Origin: Candidatus Kapaibacterium sp. | GTDB lineage: Bacteria; Bacteroidota; Ignavibacteria; Kapaibacteriales; UBA2268 | Assembly: GCA_963665665.1 (NCBI GenBank) | Contig: OY762428.1 | Span: 3,200,001 to 3,264,000 of the forward strand | Direction: 5' to 3' | Length of the DNA stretch: 64,000 nt | Part shown: in pieces, positions 28,635 to 38,210 of the stretch | Layout of the letters: every line of letters starts with the position of its first letter | How positions within the stretch are numbered: position 1 is the stretch's first letter | Position numbers and translations under genes: made by a program | The notes under the pieces: generated by a model | Databases searched by the model: none | Seen by the model: only the letters and a program-made list of their open reading frames with translations | Told to the model about the DNA's origin: nothing

Positions 28635-29990
28635 CTATCTCTCCACAACCAATTTCTCGGAAATACTCTGCCCGTTCATTTCCATATTCACGAAATATAT
28701 TCCTGAAGGAATATCAGATATATCCAATTGAATAGCTGTATTGCCCGAGTTATACCACTTTGAACTAAAATCCTTAACAATAGAGCCGTCAATTCCGGTT
28801 AGCCTGATACTCAAACTTCCGGCATCTATTAAATTTAGTTCAACAGTACAATTGCTTTCTGCCGGATTAGGTATAATGTTGAATTCCAAAGTCTTTTCTT
28901 GCTCTTCAACGCTAACAACTCCGGGCGTCCATTTTGCATTAAGCATGATTAGGCCAGCAAATTTTGAAGGAACACAAATTATTTTATTATCGTTCGGTGA
29001 TAATTCAAATTCTTTGATTGATACATAATATTGTCGGACATTTTCCTTTTTCTCTAAGTTAAATATATTGATTCTTGCAAGCCCTTTTCCATTAATACTT
29101 TTTGACAAAAAGAAATTATTATCTGAAGAAAATTGAAAGTTTTCATTACCATAAAAATCATCATTATTAACAATAATAGTTTCCAGATTTTCAAGTGACG
29201 GCATACTATAAACATCAATCTTTTCATCATAAACTAAGAATAACTTTGTTCCATCTTTTGAAAACTTCATATTCTTTACATTCTTTTCAAGCTCAAAGGA
29301 TTTAATGATATCCCATGTTCCATAATTCATGAGAGCTAAAGAATAATAAAAATCTGTTCCGCTGTAATCCCTGAAATGAATTCTTTCAATAATTATATGC
29401 TTATTATCTGGGGAAATTCTCATTGAATAGCATCCTGTCCTCGTGTCTCCAATTTTCTGTTCATAAAGAATTTCCTGTGTTTCAAAATCCCACGCCATAA
29501 AAAATATTCTATTATAGCTGAATTCCGATGATGCTTGAGCAGAACCTTCAATACAATAACTATCATCATATGACAAATAAGAAATAAAAGGGTATTCGGG
29601 TTCAAATTCAAATGTCTTTATAATCTCCATTGTATTTGGATCTAACAATACCTGTTCTTTTTTATTATGGATAGTAAGATCAAAATATGTAATTAAATAA
29701 TTTCCTGATGGTGACAATTGATAGCCTTTTAAATAATCTTTACCTGTTGAATCTTGAAAACGTTTTGAATTTAAAATAGAACCGTCTTCAATTGATCTTT
29801 TTTCAATGGAATGGGTTGTTTTATTAAAAACAAAAAAAGATTTTCCATCAGGATGAAATTGTAAAGATTCAAATAATGCAATTGGTTCATCTTGTCCAAT
29901 TGTCCACGCAACGTCGGGCAGTTCGTCCTGGGCAATTGTAGGGCTTATTAGTAAAAGTAAAACAAACAGTTTAATGATTGGATTTTTCAT
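28635..29990 (-). CDS. Beta-propeller (WD40/PD40-like) protein with T9SS type A CTD
   Basis: Signal peptide; FHPDG/LSPSG/ISPDN/FSKDG blades; IPNPA...IPSGIYFV...KLVVER. Confidence 0.85.
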   Translation of the reverse strand: MKNPIIKLFVLLLLISPTIAQDELPDVAWTIGQDEPIALFESLQFHPDGKSFFVFNKTTHSIEKRSIEDGSILNSKRFQDSTGKDYLKGYQLSPSGNYLITYFDLTIHNKKEQVLLDPNTMEIIKTFEFEPEYPFISYLSYDDSYCIEGSAQASSEFSYNRIFFMAWDFETQEILYEQKIGDTRTGCYSMRISPDNKHIIIERIHFRDYSGTDFYYSLALMNYGTWDIIKSFELEKNVKNMKFSKDGTKLFLVYDEKIDVYSMPSLENLETIIVNNDDFYGNENFQFSSDNNFFLSKSINGKGLARINIFNLEKKENVRQYYVSIKEFELSPNDNKIICVPSKFAGLIMLNAKWTPGVVSVEEQEKTLEFNIIPNPAESNCTVELNLIDAGSLSIRLTGIDGSIVKDFSSKWYNSGNTAIQLDISDIPSGIYFVNMEMNGQSISEKLVVER

Positions 29991-30025
29991 AATATCTCCA
30001 CTAATTTTAAAAAAGATGAAATCAT

Positions 30026-30155
30026 GGGAATGTCTCTTTATTCGAAATATTTACGATTTGTCATTCTGAACGAAGTGAAGAATCCAGTATTCATGCGGGT
30101 TATGGATTCTTCGCTGCGCTCAGAATGACCGCTTTTCTAACTTCAGAGACAACCC
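30026..30155. mobile_element. MITE-like element with an internal hairpin
   Basis: Imperfect ends GGGAATGTCTCT / AGAGACAACCC enclosing GTCATTCTGAACGAAGTGAAGAATCC...GGATTCTTCGCTGCGCTCAGAATGAC. Confidence 0.55.
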
Positions 30156-30250
30156 AATGAGTTGCTTAATCATAGCAATTTCAATAACACCCAAGATAAG
30201 AAAAAGTCACGAAAAAGGAATATCTTTTCTCCTTCTGGTTAGCTAAGATT

Positions 30251-30326
30251 CCTCCCCCGGCCTAACGGCCACCCCCTCGTTGAGGGGGACAGTTTCTATC
30301 CTCTTTTCCAAGTAGCACTTGGGAAG
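30251..30326. repeat. REP-like composite related to 27830-27900
   Basis: CCCCCGGCCTAACGGCCACCCCCTCGTTGAGGGGGACAG...TTCCAAGTAGCACTTGGGAAG. Confidence 0.7.
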
Positions 30327-30423
30327 AAGCTCCGTGCAAATTCAAATAAAAGTCAATCGCAATATAATATAGTTGTAAAATATATTAATAGTATATACTT
30401 TTGTAGAATAAAGGAGAATTTTT

Positions 30424-30654
30424 ATGAAAAGTATATCGCTGAAATTAGACGAGAGGATATTCTCTGAAATTGAAAAGATCAGGGAACAGAAGAATATTTC
30501 CCGGAACAGGTATATAAATATGGCGCTGGAACAATACAATAAACTGCAACAGCGAAAGATACTTGAAGCCAGGATAAAAGCTGAATCCGAACTTGTAAGG
30601 CAAAACTCAATGGATGTATTGCAGGAATTCGAAAGTATTGAATATGAGGGTTAA
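30424..30654 (+). CDS. RHH-type antitoxin
   Basis: MKSISLKLD...ISRNRYINMAL; overlaps the toxin start. Confidence 0.85.
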   Translation: MKSISLKLDERIFSEIEKIREQKNISRNRYINMALEQYNKLQQRKILEARIKAESELVRQNSMDVLQEFESIEYEG

Positions 30655-30988
30655 GCAATACGAAATCTGGCTTGCAGACCTTAACCCCGCCATAGGTACG
30701 GAACCGGGAAAGATTCGTCCTGTGCTGATTGTTCAGACCAGCCTTCTTAACAACAGCGATCATCCGTCAACAATCACTTGTCCTGTAACAACAAATATTA
30801 TCCCGGGAGCGGAAATATTAAGGGTTAACATTCCTGAAAATATTTCCGGATTGCAGAATCAGTCGAGTATAATAATTGATCAGCTCCGTTCTATCGACAA
30901 CAGACGCCTGATCAGGAAAACCGGCCGCCTTGGTGAAGAAGAGATTGAAAAAGTAAAGGAAAGCCTTTCGATAATTCTGGACTTGTAG
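30644..30988 (+). CDS. mazF: PemK/MazF family type II toxin
   Basis: EIWLADLNPAIGTEPGKIRPVLIVQ, DQLRSIDNRRL. Confidence 0.92.
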   Translation: MRVKQYEIWLADLNPAIGTEPGKIRPVLIVQTSLLNNSDHPSTITCPVTTNIIPGAEILRVNIPENISGLQNQSSIIIDQLRSIDNRRLIRKTGRLGEEEIEKVKESLSIILDL

Positions 30989-31024
30989 GTAAAATCGTTT
31001 TAAATCTCCCCGTTGCTAAGCCCA

Positions 31025-31137
31025 GGCTACGCCGCTTTCGGTTTGGATATATATCGGGAAAACTACATTACCAAGTACAACCTGGTAATGATTGAATTTA
31101 AAATTATCTCCTTGTTGCGAAGCCCCGCTTCGCAATG
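31025..31137. repeat. REP-like mosaic, partial third copy of the 27.7/28.0-kb repeat
   Basis: GGCTACGCCGCTTTCGG; CATTACCAAGTACAACCTGGTAATG; TTGCGAAGCCCCGCTTCGCAA. Confidence 0.7.
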
Positions 31138-31337
31138 CTGTTCCGGTTTAAGCTATACTAAGAGTGGTTTAAGAGTAACTTTGCAGTTGTTACATTGCCA
31201 GGCAGATATTCAGTTTTCCCATACTAATTTACTGTTCACAGAGTATTTTTTTAATCCTTATAAAATACTTTTTTTAATTATCTTCCGGTGCTGCATTACA
31301 TTCATGTTAATGTTTTCAATAATATTGGGAAATCAAA

Positions 31338-31667
31338 ATGGCTGTACAAAAGCAAAGATTCAAAAGGTATTCCGGCAAACTGAATAAATCGATGGATAGT
31401 GGTATTGGAATTATTCTGGAATGTTTTGTTGAAGGCGCGGGTGAGAATCCTGAAAAAGCCCTGAAAATTTTCAGCCAGCTTTTGAAAACTCTTCAGGAAC
31501 TGAATATTTTCAATGCTAATTACAATTCTTTAGGAGAACATATTGATAAAAATGGCTCCGCCGGGCCTGATATACTTGAAATGATACGTTCTGAACCGGA
31601 ACTTTTGAGCATTTCTCAGGGATTGCTCGAAAAATTTTCTTGTTTCAGTAACCATAAGGCAGAATAA
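31338..31667 (+). CDS. Hypothetical protein
   Basis: 109-aa ORF with ATG start; no recognised motif. Confidence 0.5.
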   Translation: MAVQKQRFKRYSGKLNKSMDSGIGIILECFVEGAGENPEKALKIFSQLLKTLQELNIFNANYNSLGEHIDKNGSAGPDILEMIRSEPELLSISQGLLEKFSCFSNHKAE

Positions 31668-31856
31668 AACGTACTATCATAAACACAATTTTTTTATATT
31701 GGGTTATTAATAAAATTCAACGGGATATTGATTGCAGAATGGTAATAACATAGGGAAGTGGAATTCTATATTGACAGTGAAACATCCTAATAGTCCGAAA
31801 AAATCAGCTTTCAGTATCCAGCTAAAAAATTATTATTCGACTAATTTGAATTGCTT

Positions 31857-32435
31857 ATGAAGTACGGGAAAATTTTTTACATAATAATAATTATTGCATC
31901 CTTTGCCATCACAGCAAAGGCTCGTGCGCAATTTGTATTCACGGGATATTACAATTACTATTCTGCTTCCGGAAATGTGGAAGGACATGACGGGGCAGGT
32001 AGTGGTTTTGCCTTTATGATGGAATCTGCAAAATACTGCAATCTTAGATATGGCTTCAGGATCGATAAAATTTCGTTCGAAAGGCCCGAGGATGAGAAAA
32101 AAAAATATTTTGATGATTTCCTGATCCTGTCACCCGAGGTCAGGTATATATTTACAAAAGGGCCTTGCTACGGGGGGAAGTTCGCGCCTTATATACAGGG
32201 GATGCTGAACCTTAGTTCCATTGGTGGCAGCGACAATCTGTCACGAGGAGGAATGGGCGCTTCGCTTGGTGCAGGAATATTCTATCCATTTTCTTTCCTT
32301 AAGCGCTGCTGGAGTGTCGATTTCGGCATTCAGTACTCTGCTCCGAACTTTATTTTCAAGGCCGACGGCAGGCCGTCGCTTGAATCCATTAATATCAATA
32401 TCGGCATCAGTGTTGGCGGGGGAGGTGAAAGATGA
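31857..32435 (+). CDS. Small outer-membrane beta-barrel protein
   Basis: Signal peptide ending AKARA; alternating amphipathic strands. Confidence 0.7.
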   Translation: MKYGKIFYIIIIIASFAITAKARAQFVFTGYYNYYSASGNVEGHDGAGSGFAFMMESAKYCNLRYGFRIDKISFERPEDEKKKYFDDFLILSPEVRYIFTKGPCYGGKFAPYIQGMLNLSSIGGSDNLSRGGMGASLGAGIFYPFSFLKRCWSVDFGIQYSAPNFIFKADGRPSLESININIGISVGGGGER

Positions 32436-33568
32436 TGAAAACCTGCTTATATATTATTGCAATAGTTGGTTTTATAACTGTTCTTTCGTCTTGTTCCAAT
32501 TTTCAAAGACATGACGATGCTTTGAGAATCAAGGATGAAGCTGCAAAAAAATACTACAGGCATCCTACAGAAGAATTCATGCGCGACGGCTCAACGCTAC
32601 ACGGCACAGTTGTGAAAGTTCAGGTTACTTCTATCCCTGATTCATGCCCGGTAACGCCGGAAACACATTTTACAAAGAAAACTTCTGTTGTATTTCTTGA
32701 CCACAAAGCAAAGGCAAAACCGGAGAATTTCGAGATAATTCCAATCGAGGATGTTCAGCTAATTTCAGATTTGTTTGATATGCCGCGGAATGATTACAAC
32801 AATATTAATATATTCGAAAACTTCAACAGCCCGGATGAAATGCGCCCGGCAAGAGAAGTACCGGTTGACACTATAGAAATTGATACATGCTGTCCGTGCA
32901 ATTGCGTACCCTGGGAGTTAAGCCTCGCTTTGGACCTTAATCTGAAGTGCGTGGAAAGGAATTTTAAATGGTATTTCCTTGAGGTCAGAGGAGCCTATGC
33001 AATGTACAGTGATTTTTACAGCCTGACCGATGAAAGAGGACGCGACAGCTATCCATTCGAGATTGCTGCCGGAGTAAGGCTTGGTGAGAATAAAGAATGG
33101 GGTGTTGGCGCTGCTTTTACCACAGGTATCAAAACATACAATTCATTCAAGTCATTGGATTATACACGTCCGGTAATCATGCTTCACGGTCGCTGGCAGT
33201 CCTCGAAAGATAAATTTATGGGATTGTGTATGAGGCCATTTCTTTACGGGCAATTCGGTTTTTCTATTGATAAGCTTTCAATGTCTCTTATGGATTTCAA
33301 TTTCAATACCGGCTGCGACAATTGCAAGAAATATCTGAAGGGTCTGGAAAATAACGGGCAGCTACCCGGTGTGGATTTTTCAGTCCCGCTTTCATTTGGT
33401 ATAGGAGCGGGAATAGATATCCCTATAGTCGAAGACCTTGACCTGTCGTTTGATCTGGGCTTCCGTTCAATTGCCTTTGGCGAAGCTGTAGCTATTGCCG
33501 GTTTCGATAATGTGCCTTCCAACAGGAGGGTTAATATGATGATAATGCGTTTTGGTTTTACTTTATAG
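32432..33568 (+). CDS. Cys-rich lipoprotein with C-terminal beta-barrel-like region
   Basis: Lipobox LSSC; CCPCNC and CDNC; ends RFGFTL. Confidence 0.7.
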   Translation: MMKTCLYIIAIVGFITVLSSCSNFQRHDDALRIKDEAAKKYYRHPTEEFMRDGSTLHGTVVKVQVTSIPDSCPVTPETHFTKKTSVVFLDHKAKAKPENFEIIPIEDVQLISDLFDMPRNDYNNINIFENFNSPDEMRPAREVPVDTIEIDTCCPCNCVPWELSLALDLNLKCVERNFKWYFLEVRGAYAMYSDFYSLTDERGRDSYPFEIAAGVRLGENKEWGVGAAFTTGIKTYNSFKSLDYTRPVIMLHGRWQSSKDKFMGLCMRPFLYGQFGFSIDKLSMSLMDFNFNTGCDNCKKYLKGLENNGQLPGVDFSVPLSFGIGAGIDIPIVEDLDLSFDLGFRSIAFGEAVAIAGFDNVPSNRRVNMMIMRFGFTL

Positions 33569-33577
33569 CAAATAATT

Positions 33578-34459
33578 ATGAAAAGATATATCATCCCAAT
33601 AGTATTTCTGTTTTCCTTCTTTCTTTATTCCTGCGGAGACTGCGACCTGGTAACAGCTGATTATCCGTGCAGGGTTAGAGAAGCAACAATAACGAAATTT
33701 GACCCCCGCCTGATACAGGCAAATGATTCTACTGTATACCCGGTGCCGACATATTCAATTCATACATTTCAGTTTCCATCAACAAATTCAAGCTCCGGTG
33801 TGTTAACTAACGATACCAGGTTTGATCAGGAAAATTACTTAGATCAGTATATTGTTATTGATGAAACTTCTGCTATGGCAGGAGTCCGGGAAGTACGCCT
33901 GCAGCTTGTGGATTATTATCCGGTGAACGAGGATATAACCGGCGATGTGATGCTGATTGATATTGATACTGTCGGGGAGACAGGGGCATACCTGCGTTTT
34001 TACGGCTCACTGGCAAGATTCCCGGAAGATTTTTATTCCGAAGATGCCTATAAATTCTGTGACGAATACCTGAAGAATTATCGTGAGGAAGATGAAGATT
34101 ATGCCGAGATAAGTTCACAGGCTTCGCGTTACGGCGGTGGCCTGGAAAATGCCGACGCAATGAGCTATAACGAGGACAACCTTGTTGTACTCGATGACGA
34201 CGGTGAAGATATAACTAAAACGCATCTTAGCTTAATCGATCAGTCCGTTAAGGACGGCCTTCTGAATAGTTCAAAGGCAAATGCAGCGGACCTGCATGTT
34301 TTCCCCGGCGAGGTTTATTATTACAAAGCGCGGAACGGAAAGGAGTTTGCAATCGTTATTGTAGATATAAACCGAGGGGCATTTGAACCAAATATAAAGC
34401 GCCTTACTTTGAAATTCTCGGAGTTGCGCGGGATGAAGGTTAGCGAATGCCCGGATTGA
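33578..34459 (+). CDS. Acidic lipoprotein, hypothetical
   Basis: Lipobox LYSC; D/E-rich. Confidence 0.7.
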   Translation: MKRYIIPIVFLFSFFLYSCGDCDLVTADYPCRVREATITKFDPRLIQANDSTVYPVPTYSIHTFQFPSTNSSSGVLTNDTRFDQENYLDQYIVIDETSAMAGVREVRLQLVDYYPVNEDITGDVMLIDIDTVGETGAYLRFYGSLARFPEDFYSEDAYKFCDEYLKNYREEDEDYAEISSQASRYGGGLENADAMSYNEDNLVVLDDDGEDITKTHLSLIDQSVKDGLLNSSKANAADLHVFPGEVYYYKARNGKEFAIVIVDINRGAFEPNIKRLTLKFSELRGMKVSECPD

Positions 34460-34485
34460 TCTTTAAAAAATTTCCGGAGAATAGT

Positions 34486-36171
34486 ATGTTTAAGTATTTA
34501 CTTTTTCTAATTATTACGATATCTTTTGCCTCTGCTCAGGATATTCCTGACAGCAGGATATGCGACTGGCAAAGGCCCGCAAAAGAAGCTCAGCCATCCG
34601 ATAATATAATAAATGCTATTGAAGCCGGGCTGAAAACCGGCGGAGCAATTCCAAACGATGAAGCATTGAAGCAGATACTTGATGAAAATGATTCGGTAAC
34701 GGTGTTTTTTCCCGAAGGAGTGTTTCTTTTTGAAAACCCTGTTAACCTGAGATCAAACCAGAATATTATTGGTTCGGGCAGAGAAACACAATTTTTCTTT
34801 AATGGTGACGCAGGTTCGGATTTTATTGTCATCAGAGGAACTAAATACAGGACTCTTATTCAGCTGAATACTGATGTTCAACAAGGGCAGAAATCCCTGC
34901 CTGATCCTGACAGCCGATTATCTGAAAATTACATGTATCTGATAAAAGACAACGACAGCTCGAAAATTACATCTGACTGGGCATCTTTCAGTACCGGGCA
35001 GATGATATCGATAGCGGGGCTTAATGGTGATTCGGCAATTACAGACAGGCAGATAAGACGTTATTTTGATTCAGGCGCTTACATGGAAATGTTCTCACCT
35101 GCCGAAAATATTGTGCTGAAAGGATTTTTAATCTATAACGGAAGCCAGGCCGACGGGCAGTTCGCAAATATCAGGATAATAAATGGCAGGAATATACTGA
35201 TTGAATGTATTGAAAGTTATTTTTGTCATTTTGCTCATATTGCAATAAACGAAAGTAAAGAGATAACTGTTCGCGGGTCGTATTTTAATGATGCACATTC
35301 TTTTGGCGGCGGTGGCAGAGGCTACGGCATTGCAGTTCAGTATTCTTCCGGCGACTGCCTGATTGAGAACAATATCTTTGAAAGGCTAAGGCATTCAATA
35401 CTGCTTCAGGCTGGCGCAAACGGAAATATCATAAGCTATAATTATTCGCATTCCCCATTCTGGACTGAAGAAAATCTTCCGTCGGATGCTGCCGGAGATA
35501 TTGTTCTTCATGGTAATTATCCGTATATGAATTTATTCGAAAGTAATATTTGCCAGAATATTGTAATCGATGATTCTCATGGAATAAACGGCCCTAACAA
35601 TACATTTCTCAGAAATCGTGCTGAAAACTATGGCATTTTTATGAATTTCGCTCCTCCGAGTGATAATCAGAATTTTATCGGGAATGAAATTACAAGCACT
35701 GAATTGCTTCGCGGCCTTTACTTTTTGAACGGCAACGGCCATTTTGAATACGGGAACCGAGTTCAGGGAGAAGTTGAACCTTCGGGAACAGATGTAATTG
35801 ATATTGTCAGTTTATTCGAAAGCGATGAAGATATTATTGAGAAAAGGCTGCCGCTGATAGGCTATCCCGAAGAATACAACAATACCAATATACCGGCAAA
35901 AGAAAGATATGAAAATGGAATTCTGACTGAATGCGGCGAGCCAAGCAGCGTGTTGAATGGTAAAAATGATATTGAAAAAAGTGTTCCTGGAATATTTTCC
36001 AATATAAATTATCTAATATCACTTGTTTCTGATAAGGATTTCCGGTTGTTTAATGCTTGCGGAGAAGTATTACAGATAAATGATATTAATGATATTACCA
36101 GCTGTCCGAACGGATTATATATTGTTATCGCAGATGATGGCTCCAGGTATATGTATCTGAATGTTTGGTAG
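34486..36171 (+). CDS. Right-handed beta-helix (pectin-lyase-like) secreted protein with a degenerate CTD
   Basis: FFPEGVF motif; Asn ladders (LIENNIFERLRH, NLFESN, NTFLRN); tail CPNGLYIV. Confidence 0.8.
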   Translation: MFKYLLFLIITISFASAQDIPDSRICDWQRPAKEAQPSDNIINAIEAGLKTGGAIPNDEALKQILDENDSVTVFFPEGVFLFENPVNLRSNQNIIGSGRETQFFFNGDAGSDFIVIRGTKYRTLIQLNTDVQQGQKSLPDPDSRLSENYMYLIKDNDSSKITSDWASFSTGQMISIAGLNGDSAITDRQIRRYFDSGAYMEMFSPAENIVLKGFLIYNGSQADGQFANIRIINGRNILIECIESYFCHFAHIAINESKEITVRGSYFNDAHSFGGGGRGYGIAVQYSSGDCLIENNIFERLRHSILLQAGANGNIISYNYSHSPFWTEENLPSDAAGDIVLHGNYPYMNLFESNICQNIVIDDSHGINGPNNTFLRNRAENYGIFMNFAPPSDNQNFIGNEITSTELLRGLYFLNGNGHFEYGNRVQGEVEPSGTDVIDIVSLFESDEDIIEKRLPLIGYPEEYNNTNIPAKERYENGILTECGEPSSVLNGKNDIEKSVPGIFSNINYLISLVSDKDFRLFNACGEVLQINDINDITSCPNGLYIVIADDGSRYMYLNVW

Positions 36172-36357
36172 AAAGAATAGTACTGTTATTCAATTTATTT
36201 TGCCGGGGATTTTCAATGCAGATTTTTAAACAGAAGTCCTAATTCCTGACTAAAAATCAAAGGGTTATAAGAACACCGCCGTAAATTAATATGTCGTAAA
36301 TAATAATGATTTTTATCATATCAAAATATCTGAACTGTTAATTATTATCATGACTGA

Positions 36358-36457
36358 CCTCCCCAAACCCCTCCGAAGGAGGGGCTTACTGCAAAGCACT
36401 CCCCTTCGGGGAGGCGCGGCCCCTTACTAGGGTTTCACACTGCGTGTGTTTGGGAGG
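36358..36457. repeat. REP-like nested hairpin element
   Basis: CCTCCCCAAACCCCTCCGAAGGAGGGG...CTCCCCTTCGGGGAG...TTTGGGAGG. Confidence 0.7.
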
Positions 36458-36560
36458 TGTCGGAAACTGAATTGAAATAATCAATAACTGAGATTTCAAC
36501 AATTATGTTGATTCCGTACTTCTAATATGTTTCCCTTTATAAAAAGTAATAAACCCTTTA

Positions 36561-37982
36561 TCAGTAATTCTTCAGAAAGTCTAAAAGCATCCTGATGCCG
36601 TAACCTGTTCCGCCCTTCCCAAGATAGCTTTCCTTTGAAGTGATGAAAGCTGGGCCTGCAATGTCAAGGTGTATGTATGGGGCATCGGTAAATTTCTCTA
36701 AAAATTTCCCGGCAGTTATGGCTCCTGCTATTCTTCCGCCGAGATTTTTCTGATCTGCAATATCAGATTTCATCATTTCGCCAAATTCATCCCAAAAAGG
36801 CATACGAACAAGGCGTTCATAGGTATTCAGCCCGCTTTTCTCCATTTTTGCAAAAACTTTGTCCGGAGCGTTACCCATGTTTACGATGCCATGATGTCCG
36901 AGAATCATCGCTGCTGCTCCGGTTAGCGTGGCAGCATCAATTACAAGTTCCGGTTTGTATCGTTTCGCATAGCTGAGCGCGTCTGCCAGGATAAGCCTGC
37001 CTTCGGCATCAGTATTCAGAACTTCAACTGTAGAGCCGTCGTGCATAGTTATGATATCACCCGGTGCGTAAGCGTTACCTCCGGGGCGGTTGTCAGTTGA
37101 AGGTATCAATGTAATAATATGCAGGGGCAATTCTGCTTTTGCTGCTGCAAAGATTGCTCCTGCAACAGTTGCCGCTCCTGCCATATCGCATTTCATCTCA
37201 TCCATGGAATTTTGCGTTGGTTTAAGGCTGAGCCCGCCTGTATCATAAACGAGGCCTTTGCCCACAAGAACTATCGGCTTTTTATTGCTGTATTCTTCGG
37301 GCTTCCATTCCAGTATAGTAAATGTAGGCGGCACTGGGCTTGCCTGGTTCACAGCAAGAATACCTCCCATACCTTCTTTTTCAATTGCTTTTTTATCAAG
37401 GACTTTAACTTTCAGTCCGGCCTTTTTCGCCATTTTTTTCAGTTCCCTGGCCAGAGTAGGAGAGTCAAGATAAGATACCGGTTCATTTACAAGATCCCTG
37501 GCAAAGAAGACAGGGAATACAATTGATTCAAGATACTTAATTTCATTGGATGAGGCTTGTTCCAGCGAGACAGTTTTCAGGTTGTATTTCTTTCTTTTTT
37601 TATCGCTGATATATTTATCAAATTTATAAGCGGAAAGAGCTAACCCTTCGGTAAAGGCTAATCTTTCTTCTTCTGTTTTCAGTTTATTTATTATACTGAT
37701 ATTTTTTATATCCAGCCTTTTCAAGAGGTCGTAAACGGAACTTCCTGCTTTTCTCAGCTTTTCGTGCTTTTCCCATTTCTTTCCTTTTGTGTTCCCGATT
37801 ACAAATATCAACCGGCGGTTGTATTGGTTTATGCTAACCATTTTCTTATCTTTTGCCGCCATACTTTCAAGGTATTCTTTCTCTTTGTCATCTGTGTAAT
37901 CATTATCGGCAATATCGTTTTTTCCTGTCAGGATTATCAGGTTCTCATCGGGATTTATTTCCCATTTGGTTTTAAATTTCAT
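36561..37982 (-). CDS. pepA: Leucyl aminopeptidase (M17)
   Basis: VGKGLVYDTGG, MKCDMAGAA, NTDAEGRL, HLDIAG. Confidence 0.95.
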   Translation of the reverse strand: MKFKTKWEINPDENLIILTGKNDIADNDYTDDKEKEYLESMAAKDKKMVSINQYNRRLIFVIGNTKGKKWEKHEKLRKAGSSVYDLLKRLDIKNISIINKLKTEEERLAFTEGLALSAYKFDKYISDKKRKKYNLKTVSLEQASSNEIKYLESIVFPVFFARDLVNEPVSYLDSPTLARELKKMAKKAGLKVKVLDKKAIEKEGMGGILAVNQASPVPPTFTILEWKPEEYSNKKPIVLVGKGLVYDTGGLSLKPTQNSMDEMKCDMAGAATVAGAIFAAAKAELPLHIITLIPSTDNRPGGNAYAPGDIITMHDGSTVEVLNTDAEGRLILADALSYAKRYKPELVIDAATLTGAAAMILGHHGIVNMGNAPDKVFAKMEKSGLNTYERLVRMPFWDEFGEMMKSDIADQKNLGGRIAGAITAGKFLEKFTDAPYIHLDIAGPAFITSKESYLGKGGTGYGIRMLLDFLKNY

Positions 37983-38067
37983 TCTATTCTTGCGTGTTTG
38001 TTATTAATCAAATTTTTTCCTTACAATGGGACGTGTGAAACAGCCTTTTCGGGTATTGAATTTCTAA

Positions 38068-38165
38068 GTAGTGGCAATCACTGTGGTTGCCGTGGGTATG
38101 TGTGGTTGTCCTGAATAAATTGATTGCCATGAAATGCAAAGGGCGTTCACAAGCTACGCCCCTAC
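38068..38165. repeat. Inverted doublet of GTAG-type REPs
   Basis: GTAGTGGCAATCACTGTGGTTGCC (38068-38091) and AGGGCGTTCACAAGCTACGCCCCTAC (38140-38165). Confidence 0.7.
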
Positions 38166-38210
38166 TAAAATATCATCCCGAATGTGTCGGGCATTTTAAA
38201 GCACACATAT

